A program made the position numbers and the translations under genes. Positions 41,007-50,088 of a DNA stretch of 64,000 nt are shown in pieces; position 1 is the first letter of the stretch; each line of letters starts with the position of its first letter. The stretch is from Candidatus Oxydemutatoraceae bacterium (GTDB lineage: Bacteria; Pseudomonadota; Gammaproteobacteria; Poriferisulfidales; Oxydemutatoraceae), in contig OZ244717.1 of assembly GCA_965218975.1 (NCBI GenBank), forward strand, positions 338,347-402,346. The letters are read 5' to 3'. The notes below the pieces were generated by a model, which was not told the DNA's origin, did not search any database, and saw nothing but the letters and a program-made list of their open reading frames with translations.

Positions 41007-41276
41007 ATTGAACAAGTGAAAACAGGATTTATTAGTTTAAGGTAATTGCTTAATTTTTTATATATTTTGCACGATGCCACCCTAAATGGGATTCTTGAAT
41101 AGCTTCGGGGGAAGCGTTCGGCAGAAAGCACCGATCCGAATGTTATGGTCCTATACATATTGTTGACATGCTGTTGTAAAGTCAATATACTTTGACGCAA
41201 ACCAAACAAGATGGCGCAACGCTTAGTGGCGTTACGGCGTTTAATAAAATACCCCGAATTCGAAGGAATGTAAGAT

Positions 41277-42803
41277 ATGAAAGAAATAACCCCGCGTCGT
41301 TTCCAGCGTGCCAGATTAACCGCCTTTCTCCTAATCAGCGGCTTTGCGTTAAGCGGTTGTTTTGATTCGGGCGGAAGCGGTTCAAGCGGCGCTTCGGTTG
41401 AGCGGTTTTTATACACGAGTAGCAATAGCAGTAGCGGGAATGAAATTATACGGATGGGTATTGCTTCCGACGGCACACTCAGTAGTAGCACCGTAACTCG
41501 AATACCGACCCATGGTTTTGGCGATGCCGACGATGACGACTTTGACGGGCAACATTCGTTGCATATCGTGCATAATTATCTGCTTGCCGTCAATGCCGGG
41601 GAAGATCCTGCATTTTCGGACATGAAATTTAATGGCGAGTTTGCCGCTCGCACCAGCGGCAACGGAACTATATCGGTATTTCGTTTTGAAGATGACGCTT
41701 TAACCCAAGTGCCGCAGGGAGAGGATTCTGCAAGCAGTAATGTGGAGTCGCACGGAATCAGACCGGTGAGTCTGACATCGGCAATAATCGACGATGTAAC
41801 ATGGGTATTAGTCGCAAACCAATACGACAATCCATTTTGTAAGTGGTTTGACGGCAAGGAGCCGCAATGTCCTGCTATTCCGTCGCCGCGTGAGGATGAC
41901 AAACCGAGTATTGATGCGTTTAAATTCAATCCCGAGGACGGACAATTGACTTATTCCGGCGAAATGGACCTTTTTAATTTCGGCGACAACGGCGGGCCGT
42001 CACAAGTTTCTTTTAGTCCGGACCGGAGCAAAGTTGCGGCAACGATGTGGGGAATACCGTTTCTAAGTTCCACAGGAGTGGAAACGATAGATATATTGCG
42101 GAGTACAACTGTCAATACTTTCCGTGAAGGTGGGGTGTTCGTATGGGATGTGGAAGTACAGGATTCCACTCAGGGTTCCAATTTGATGCTTATCAAGCGC
42201 CGCTTTTGGTTTGAACCGGGGGTTTCGGGTAGTATCGGGTTTGTTTGGAGTCCGGATAGCCGGTATCTTTATGTAACAAACTTCAATGTCCCGATCAACG
42301 GGGATAGGAACTTCAGCGTAGTTTCGTTGGAAGATACGTCTTCGGAACTGACTCCTGTCGATCAGTCGGGAACACGCGACAATGACGGCGCGATGCAGGT
42401 GCGACATGCCGATGAGGCCTGTTGGGCATGGCTTGAACCCGACGGGAGCAGGCTTTATACGGCAAGTTTTAGCGGAAACATCGTGTCGTTCTTTGACGTG
42501 ACACCCGAGACCGGCATGATTGATCACAATTCGTATTATCCTCGTCGTGACCAAGCGCTCCCATTTCCGATCGCTCCTTCTTTAAGAATATCCGAAGCTC
42601 CGGATACAAAGGATATTTACGTTTTATCGAACGGAACATTTCTCTATGTTTCCGGCGCATTAAATTCGCACACGATTTCAATTTATGCGGTGAACAGCAA
42701 GGGAACTTTAGTGGAAATAAATTCCTCGCCGTTTAGCGTCCCGTTTCCGGATGCAAGGACGGATAAGCGCGAAGAAGCATTTTTGGGTCTTGTCGGCTAC
42801 TAA
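41277..42803 (+). CDS. Lipoprotein, probable beta-propeller (lactonase-like) fold, 508 aa
   Basis: Lipobox 'ALSGC' after the signal peptide. Repeated 'YV(T/S)N' / 'SFSGNIVSFFDV' propeller-blade-like segments. Confidence 0.5.
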   Translation: MKEITPRRFQRARLTAFLLISGFALSGCFDSGGSGSSGASVERFLYTSSNSSSGNEIIRMGIASDGTLSSSTVTRIPTHGFGDADDDDFDGQHSLHIVHNYLLAVNAGEDPAFSDMKFNGEFAARTSGNGTISVFRFEDDALTQVPQGEDSASSNVESHGIRPVSLTSAIIDDVTWVLVANQYDNPFCKWFDGKEPQCPAIPSPREDDKPSIDAFKFNPEDGQLTYSGEMDLFNFGDNGGPSQVSFSPDRSKVAATMWGIPFLSSTGVETIDILRSTTVNTFREGGVFVWDVEVQDSTQGSNLMLIKRRFWFEPGVSGSIGFVWSPDSRYLYVTNFNVPINGDRNFSVVSLEDTSSELTPVDQSGTRDNDGAMQVRHADEACWAWLEPDGSRLYTASFSGNIVSFFDVTPETGMIDHNSYYPRRDQALPFPIAPSLRISEAPDTKDIYVLSNGTFLYVSGALNSHTISIYAVNSKGTLVEINSSPFSVPFPDARTDKREEAFLGLVGY

Positions 42804-42844
42804 AAGTGAGTCTTTTCGGAAGAAAAGATATAACTTAATAGGCA

Positions 42845-43585
42845 ATGCGCAACGCATTATTTTTGCTCGGTGTGGTACTGATGCTCGCGTTCGTTTGGAA
42901 TCGGATGCTACCCTCCGCATCTGAAAGTGGTGCGGAGAAAAACGGGCACAACCACGCGACAGCAAAAATGTCCGCTCCCACTATGATTCTTACGGCATCG
43001 GATGAAAAAGTGTCCGATTTGTCCGATGCAAAAGCGGTTCCGTCGCGGCAACTATTCCCTCGTTCAATGATTGAAGCTGAATGGCAAATTTCCGAGGAGA
43101 TTATTCCTTGGCTTGGCACTTTCGGCCCTTTCTCCAGAGAAGAACTCCGACAGTTTGCTTCAAACCCAAGCTTTATTCCGCGTTTTCTCGAGATTGGGCT
43201 TTCGGACAAGGAGGTACGCCCTGCAGATATCGGTCAAGGAGCAGAACAAAGAAGAAAAGTTCATTTTCGACACAACGCTTTACCGCAGTCTCGGGACGCT
43301 GCGATACCGCCTGATTTTCCAATCGATCAAAAAAGAATTTATGCTCACTTTACATATCACAACCTCCCGCATGATCAGGTGCTGGTCAAATGGAGCGAGT
43401 CGGCGGAAAATGGGGAAGTGTTGTTGTTTAAGCGATATCCGCTGATTACTTCAAATCAGCATCATTATGTTTGGTTTGATAAAGACGCTCCATGGGACCC
43501 GGGCGTTTATCGCGTTGAGATATTTTCCGCAGATGCCGACCTAACGGCGCTTGCGGCAGGAACTTATACGGTAAACGTTAATTAG
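42845..43585 (+). CDS. Secreted/anchored hypothetical protein (246 aa)
   Basis: N-terminal hydrophobic signal 'LFLLGVVLMLAFVW'. Confidence 0.5.
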   Translation: MRNALFLLGVVLMLAFVWNRMLPSASESGAEKNGHNHATAKMSAPTMILTASDEKVSDLSDAKAVPSRQLFPRSMIEAEWQISEEIIPWLGTFGPFSREELRQFASNPSFIPRFLEIGLSDKEVRPADIGQGAEQRRKVHFRHNALPQSRDAAIPPDFPIDQKRIYAHFTYHNLPHDQVLVKWSESAENGEVLLFKRYPLITSNQHHYVWFDKDAPWDPGVYRVEIFSADADLTALAAGTYTVNVN

Positions 43586-43664
43586 TTAATTGCATAGATC
43601 ACTTATCCTGTCGGACCCCATGAAGAAACCTGCATACTAGTGAAAAACTTTACATCGCTATAGA

Positions 43665-44420
43665 ATGCTTGTCGGAGGCACCATGAAACGTACGCTCATA
43701 CTCTTATTTATATTGCTTGTTTCGTCCGTCGCTTACGCGAAGGGAAGCGCCGTGCTTTACAAGGTTAACGGACAGTCTTATGAAGGCTATTTCGTGATGC
43801 CGTCTCCCGGCGCGCCGCTGGTGTTGCTCATCCACGATTGGGACGGTTTGACCGATTATGAAATCCGTCGTGCCGAGATGCTTGCCGGGATGGGGTATGC
43901 AGTGTTTGCAGCCGACCTGTTCGGGGCAGGAGTACGACCGTCCGAACTTGCCGATAAACGCCGGCACACCGGCGAGTTGTACGCAGACCGCAAGAAAATG
44001 CGTGCTGTACTACAAGGCGCGCTCAACACCGCCCAAGCGAAAGGCGCCAGCGTTCGCAACGCTGTGGCAATAGGCTACTGTTTCGGCGGGGCTGCCGTGC
44101 TTGAGCTGGCAAGATCAGGCGCGGCGCTCAAGGGATTTGTTACTTTCCACGGCGGCTTGAGCACCCCGCCTGGGCAAGGGTATGCCGACACTAAGGGAAA
44201 GCTGCTGATCCTGCACGGCACAGCAGATACTATCATCACGATGGATCAGTTTGCCGCACTCGGTAGCGAGCTGGAAAAAGCGAACGTTGACCACGAAATG
44301 ATCACGTACGGCGGCGCGCCGCATGGGTTTACTGTATTCGGCTCAAATAACTATCGGGAAGACGCCGATAGAAAGTCATGGCGACGGTTTTCGAAGTTTT
44401 TGGTTGATACGCTGGGATGA
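43665..44420 (+). CDS. Dienelactone hydrolase family protein (secreted)
   Basis: A signal peptide. Nucleophile elbow 'GYCFGG', and 'HG..D' late in the sequence. Confidence 0.75.
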   Translation: MLVGGTMKRTLILLFILLVSSVAYAKGSAVLYKVNGQSYEGYFVMPSPGAPLVLLIHDWDGLTDYEIRRAEMLAGMGYAVFAADLFGAGVRPSELADKRRHTGELYADRKKMRAVLQGALNTAQAKGASVRNAVAIGYCFGGAAVLELARSGAALKGFVTFHGGLSTPPGQGYADTKGKLLILHGTADTIITMDQFAALGSELEKANVDHEMITYGGAPHGFTVFGSNNYREDADRKSWRRFSKFLVDTLG

Positions 44421-44844
44421 CGAACGTACTAGATATTTAAAAATATACACCGAGAGAATCTAAAATATATTAAATGGCGTCGTGCCGGTTCCGTCCGAAG
44501 AAATAACGGATGCCAATCTCGGTTATTCACCGTCTTTGGACTTCGTTTTTATCCCACGGCACATCGGAGAGGAAATAACGGATGCCAAGCTCGGTGATTC
44601 ACCGGGAATACGGTAATGATAGATTGGCTTACATTAGAGTCACCACAGAGTCACCACTAACTCATGGAGGGGCATTTTCCTTGTCGCAGGCTGCACAATT
44701 CACTAAGAATGCCGTCGCCGGATTGTGGCTGATCTTCTCCCACAAATTGAACACTATGCGAAGGGAAGCTCGGTGCAAAATAGCTCCGGAGGAAACGAAC
44801 CTCCCGAATAATCGGCCGTGTCTCCTTGAAGTTCAAATCAGAAA

Positions 44845-47433
44845 ATGCCGCACCTTTTTGAAGCATTAGAACATTCTGCTGCCAGCTGGCGTAAGAAGGG
44901 TTATCCTTGTGACGCCTATCCGCTCATAGGCGAAATTCTTGCTTACCAAACGGAAAAGCAGGAGGACAGGTCAACCCCGAAGTTTCTGCGCGAACCCCAA
45001 TTCCTTGCCTTGGAGGTTTACTGGTATATCCGCCTTATACGGGAAACCCCTCATATCATAGACCTTTACAAGCATTATCACGGCAGCAATAAAGAAGATT
45101 TTTTTGATGCGCTTGGAATCTCAGTATCAAGAGATGCTTTGGAGTTTGCAGAAATAGACGGAATGATTGAAAAAATTAAAAGGGATGAGGGTTTTGTCAA
45201 AGACAAAAGAATTCAAGCGTTGCACGAAGCCGTCAAATTAGACTATCCGAGCTACATTTTTGCTTTGGCTATGGGTGCGGGCAAAACCGTTCTGATAGGG
45301 ACGATTATCGCAACCGAGTTTGCAATGTCGCTGCGTTATCCCAAAGATAGATTTATGAAAAATGCCCTCGTTTTTGCTCCGGGCACGACAATCATAGAAA
45401 GTTTGCGCGAACTCAGCGATATATCTTATGAGCAGATTTTGCCGCCCGGCCTTAACCGCGATTTCCTTGCTAATTTGAAGATTGAATTTCCGGGCAAGGA
45501 AAAAGACATACAGGCGCAGAGAAACAGCAGTTATAACTTGATTGTTACCAATGTTGAAAAAATCAACCTGCGTGCCAGGCAGCGGGAGAATCAAACACAA
45601 TTATCTTTTGAACACGAAGAAGCACAGGCGAATCTACGGCTTCAAAAGATCGCAAGCCTGCCCGGCCTCGGGGTTTTTTCAGATGAAGCGCACCACACAT
45701 ACGGAAACACCTTTGACAAACTCAAACGCGTGAGGGAAACCATCAACTACATACACGAGCAGACTGAAATAGTGGCGGTGATCAACACCACCGGAACGCC
45801 TTACTATAAAAAGCAACCCTTAAAGGAGGTGGTTGTCTGGTACGGGCTTGGCGACGGCATCAAAGATAATATCCTCAAAGGCCTCAATAACGGCATTCAT
45901 CTATACGATATCGGAGAGCAGCCGGAGGAAGAGGTTTTTAGGGACATCATTCGAGAATTTTGGGAGGGCTACGGAAATGTTTCTCTTCCCAACGGCGCAC
46001 CGGCAAAGATTGCCTTTTATTTCAAAACGCAACAGCATCTGGTAAGTTCAAAACAACAAATAGAGAAGGCGATGACGGAAATCGGGCAACCTGTTTCCCA
46101 TATATTAGTTAATACACAACAATCCGATGCAGCGCAGATCGACGAGTTTAAGCGTCTCAATAATCCCGAAACCCAGAAGCGAGTTATTCTGTTGATCGGC
46201 AAAGGGGTTGAAGGTTGGAACTGCCCCAGCCTGTTTTCCTGCGCACTGATAAAGGAGCAGACGAGTAAGAATTACGTTTTGCAAGCATCAACGAGATGTT
46301 TGCGGCAGGTTCCGGGCAATAGCCTTCCGGCGAAGATATTTCTAGATTCCGTCAACGCAACGATTCTAGACAAAGAATTACAAAATAACTTCGGCACCGA
46401 TCTTGATAGACTTAGCGGGGAAACGGGAGACAAAGAAACCATCACTCTGCGTATTCTTAAAACAGAACTGCCGAAACTGGAAATCACCCGCACTGTTAAA
46501 AGAGCTATAAGAAAAGGGGAAATAAACAGAAATATACGTTTGGAGAAACCGAAGGCGCAAAAACTGCCCGTTGTATTGCGCAGCATTTGCACCCCTGATT
46601 TCAGCGGTCCAAAGGAAATATTAATGCCGACAGGACAAACGAAGGAGCTACCGGCGGGAAGACGTGTTACCGGTTGCCATACTGCCGCTTGGAGAATCGC
46701 TTCACGATACCATGTACCGGTTCTACCGATCTTGAAAAAACTCAAAAGCTTTTATCCGAAAGGAGTAATGCCGGATAGTCATTTATACGGGCTTTTTCAG
46801 CAGGTTGAACGGCAACAAACAAGTTACACAACGGTTGAAGAAAAAGTAACCGAGGCGATGGCGTTGATCCGAGTTCAGGATGAGAACGGAGAAGGCATCT
46901 TTGATAAGGATGAAAAGGGGGTTTTTGTTCACCGTTTGCGGTTGCTTAAAAGGACTGTTGAACGTATGGAAGAAGGCGGATTGTTTGCAGAGAGGGAAAA
47001 TTATGAGGACCAGCACGAGTTGAGTTTTCACTATACCCCCTACAACTTTGACAGCAAACCGGAACGTTCCCTGTTCCGAAGGATTTTATCCATGTTGAAT
47101 ACAGAACCTTATGACGTGGAAGTGTTTCTGTTCACCGGTGGGCTAACAGACCCGAAGAAAACTGATTTCCATTTTGAATATCTGGGCGAAGACAAGCGGT
47201 ATCATCGCTACTTTCCGGATTTTGTGATTGCCAAAAAGACCGGTGAGTTTTATATTGTCGAGGTGAAAGAAGATAAGCGCGAGGATAAAACTGTGGAGGC
47301 CAAGAAAAAGGCAGTTGAGAAACTGCAGAATTTGCCAACGAACAAGTTCGGATACCATATTATCTATGCTTCTACAGCGACGCTAGGCGTGAGAGAAACC
47401 ACGCCGATTCAGAATTGGATACAAAAAAACTAA
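44845..47433 (+). CDS. Type III restriction enzyme Res-like subunit: SF2 helicase plus C-terminal PD-(D/E)xK nuclease, 862 aa
   Basis: Motifs I 'AMGAGKTVLIG', II 'FSDEAHH', III 'NTTGTPY' and VI 'QASTRCLRQ'. The C-terminus 'YFPDFVIAKKTGEFYIVEVK' is a PD...EVK nuclease motif. Confidence 0.7.
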   Translation: MPHLFEALEHSAASWRKKGYPCDAYPLIGEILAYQTEKQEDRSTPKFLREPQFLALEVYWYIRLIRETPHIIDLYKHYHGSNKEDFFDALGISVSRDALEFAEIDGMIEKIKRDEGFVKDKRIQALHEAVKLDYPSYIFALAMGAGKTVLIGTIIATEFAMSLRYPKDRFMKNALVFAPGTTIIESLRELSDISYEQILPPGLNRDFLANLKIEFPGKEKDIQAQRNSSYNLIVTNVEKINLRARQRENQTQLSFEHEEAQANLRLQKIASLPGLGVFSDEAHHTYGNTFDKLKRVRETINYIHEQTEIVAVINTTGTPYYKKQPLKEVVVWYGLGDGIKDNILKGLNNGIHLYDIGEQPEEEVFRDIIREFWEGYGNVSLPNGAPAKIAFYFKTQQHLVSSKQQIEKAMTEIGQPVSHILVNTQQSDAAQIDEFKRLNNPETQKRVILLIGKGVEGWNCPSLFSCALIKEQTSKNYVLQASTRCLRQVPGNSLPAKIFLDSVNATILDKELQNNFGTDLDRLSGETGDKETITLRILKTELPKLEITRTVKRAIRKGEINRNIRLEKPKAQKLPVVLRSICTPDFSGPKEILMPTGQTKELPAGRRVTGCHTAAWRIASRYHVPVLPILKKLKSFYPKGVMPDSHLYGLFQQVERQQTSYTTVEEKVTEAMALIRVQDENGEGIFDKDEKGVFVHRLRLLKRTVERMEEGGLFAERENYEDQHELSFHYTPYNFDSKPERSLFRRILSMLNTEPYDVEVFLFTGGLTDPKKTDFHFEYLGEDKRYHRYFPDFVIAKKTGEFYIVEVKEDKREDKTVEAKKKAVEKLQNLPTNKFGYHIIYASTATLGVRETTPIQNWIQKN

Positions 47434-48389
47434 TGGAACGCCACTCATTCTCGCCCGACAACCGAACAGGCCGGAAAGTTTTCCATGGACTGTATTACCG
47501 CAGGCGCATCCTGCTTGCCATTCTGGCGCAAAGAAAGAGGCGCATAGAGAAACTGCGTTTGCAGAAGCTGCTCTTCCTTTTCACTCAACAGCAAGAAAAG
47601 CCGGCATACTATTTTCTTCCTTATAAATATGGAAGCTACTCATTTCAGGCCTCCGAAGACGCAAGAATACTCGCTTGCCATTACGGTTTGATAATAAATA
47701 GCCGGGACGACTCTTATTCCTTGAACAAAAAAAACGTTAAAGAAGAATATTTTGCACTAAAAGACACGGACCACGATCGGCTGGCACATGTATATAAGCA
47801 ATACGGACCTCTCTCAACAAAGGAGTTAATTTACCAAGTTTACAAACAGTATCCGTACTATGCGGTCAGAAGTGAAATAATTGGTGAGCAGCGCTTCAAG
47901 GCGTTACATAAGAGCATAAAGAAAGAGCAGCTACAATTCCAAACAAGCAACGGTCGCCGTTGTCTCTACACAATCGGTTATGAAGGCATAAGCATAGAGC
48001 AATATATTTCCCGCCTGATGAGAAACGGCATATCCGCTCTGGTGGATGTCAGACGCAACCCCTTCAGCATGAAGTACGGATTTTCCAAAACTCAGTTACG
48101 GCGTATCACTAAAAAATTTGACATAGAGTATTACCACATACCTGAGCTCGGGGTCGAAAGCGACCGTCGCGTGAACTTGACGACCCGCGCCGACTATAAT
48201 CAACTCTTCAGAATGTATCGTAGATCATTGCGGCAAGAGGAGGAAAGTCTGCAATGTATTCAAACTATTTTGCGTGAACATTTGCGTACGGCGCTGACGT
48301 GCTTTGAAAAAAAACACGAGTGGTACCATAGAGGAATTTTATCCGAAGCAATTCATGCTCAATGCGGTATAACCGTAAAGCACTTTTGA
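47415..48389 (+). CDS. Two-domain protein: unknown N-terminal domain plus C-terminal DUF488 domain
   Basis: The C-terminal 'LYTIGYEGISIEQYISRLMRNGISALVDVRRNPFS' matches the DUF488 N-terminal signature (TIGY...VDVRR.P.S). 324 aa. Confidence 0.6.
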   Translation: MDTKKLMERHSFSPDNRTGRKVFHGLYYRRRILLAILAQRKRRIEKLRLQKLLFLFTQQQEKPAYYFLPYKYGSYSFQASEDARILACHYGLIINSRDDSYSLNKKNVKEEYFALKDTDHDRLAHVYKQYGPLSTKELIYQVYKQYPYYAVRSEIIGEQRFKALHKSIKKEQLQFQTSNGRRCLYTIGYEGISIEQYISRLMRNGISALVDVRRNPFSMKYGFSKTQLRRITKKFDIEYYHIPELGVESDRRVNLTTRADYNQLFRMYRRSLRQEEESLQCIQTILREHLRTALTCFEKKHEWYHRGILSEAIHAQCGITVKHF

Positions 48390-49007
48390 AAGGCGTGGGA
48401 ATCCAAAAAATAAAGGCAAAACAGTTTACAGATTTTTCTCATGCGCCTATTCCAAACCCGGAACGTCAAAAATACCAAGCAAAGAGAGAGAACATTCTGA
48501 ATAGTCGGAAGCAGGGGTCGCTGATAGATGATGGCCTGAGAGATGCCGAGCTGGTATCTGCCCCCGACTATCGTTTCTACTATCACTTTGACGATCTAAA
48601 CGGCAAAAACAGTAAAATGATGATAGCAGATTGGGAAATACAAGCGTTATACAGAAATTGTTTGCGAGGGAAAAATAAGCAACAAGCGCTTGAGGATGTG
48701 CGCAAAAAATACTCTGGCGGGCCGACAGACTCGAACAAAACCGATTTCCATTTTTGAATATCTAGGCGAAGACAAGCAGGATCATCGCTACTTTCCGGAT
48801 TTTGTGATTGTCAAAAAGACCGGCGAGTTTTATATTGTCGAGGTGAAATCGAAAGATGAGCGCGGGGATGAAACCGTAGAAGCAAAGAAGAAAGCGGTGG
48901 AAAAGTTACAAAATCTACAAGCTGATAAGGTTAAATATAATATCATTTACACAAAGACGAACACAATAGGGGTTGAGGACATTGACATCAATACGATTGT
49001 GGATTAG
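48362..49007 (+). pseudogene. Frameshifted duplicate of the Res C-terminal PD-(D/E)xK domain
   Basis: The 131-aa ORF ends '...YSGGPTDSNKTDFHF*' and the next-frame 105-aa ORF continues 'EYLGEDKQDHRYFPDFVIVKKTGEFYIVEVK...'. Together they parallel Res residues '...FTGGLTDPKKTDFHFEYLGEDKRYHRYFPDFVIAKKTGEFYIVEVK'. An extra T in 'ccattttt' causes the shift. Confidence 0.65.
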
Positions 49008-49022
49008 GTAGGAGTCGGATGA

Positions 49023-49893
49023 ATGCGACCACTTGATGAGTATATCAAATCTCACCTGAATGATTACATTAAAGAAATCGGTGAGGCATTGGGAGGGGTT
49101 GACACAATGTCAATAGTTAGCCCGATTATTCCCGGTGTTGATCAAAAAGTTAGAAATGTTATTGATATGAAGCAAGAGAAAAAATCCGCAATCGCTGTGG
49201 TTCTACAGACTCCTGGTGGCGTAGTTGAAATTGTTGAAAGGATGGTTGAAGTAATCAGAAATTTTTATACTGAAGTAAGTAGTAGTGATAGTACCAGACC
49301 GGGCAATGTCTGCCGGAACTGTTTTTACGTTGAGTGCAGACAGAATAATGATGGACTATTTTTCTCGATTGGGTCCGATTGACCCACAAATTGTTAAAGA
49401 CGAAAAACTTGTACCCGCTCTCTCTTACTTGAATCAGTATGAAATTTTGAATAAAAAAGCTAAACAGGGCCAACTCACCACGGCAGAGTATGCCATGCTT
49501 GACAAACTTGATTTGGGTGAATTGTATCGATTTGAGCAAGCCCGCGAACTCTCCATAGAACTTCTCAAGAAGTGGCTTTTTACATACAAATTTAAAGATT
49601 GGAGAAAGACAGAGAGTAGAAAACAGGCGGTTACAGAAGAAATGAAAGAGGAGCGTGCCGAAGAGATTGCTCAAAAATTAAATGATACAAACAGATGGCA
49701 TTCGCACGGACGAGGAATAGATATTTTCACTTTAAGGGAAGAATTAAATTTGAGAATTGAAGACTATTCGGAAAACAAAAAATTAAGCAAATATATACAG
49801 AATTACTATAATCTTCTAATTGATTATTTGGAACGAGAGAGGGTGGGTTCTTTCGTTCACACGGAGGAATATTTCTCGGAGGGATATTTTTAG
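49023..49893 (+). pseudogene. ClpP-like SDH-family (serine dehydrogenase proteinase) serine protease, frameshifted
   Basis: 'LQTPGGVVEIVERMVEVIRNFY' in one frame continues in the next frame as 'IVPDRAMSAGTVFTLSADRIMMDYFSRLGPIDPQ'. The shift is near 49276-49290. Confidence 0.6.
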
Positions 49894-50088
49894 ACATGGG
49901 GGAAAAATAAATCGACTGGAGAAAATTCCATTTAGTCAGTTGTCCAAAAACAATCCGAAAATATCAACATCTGTTGTTACCCAACATCGTGAGTTGGAGG
50001 AAAAATTGAAAAACATAGGTGTGCGTAAAAAAGCTCGCTACACGCTTTCTCCCCCACTTGGCGAGACCATTAATCTATCAAAAATAGT

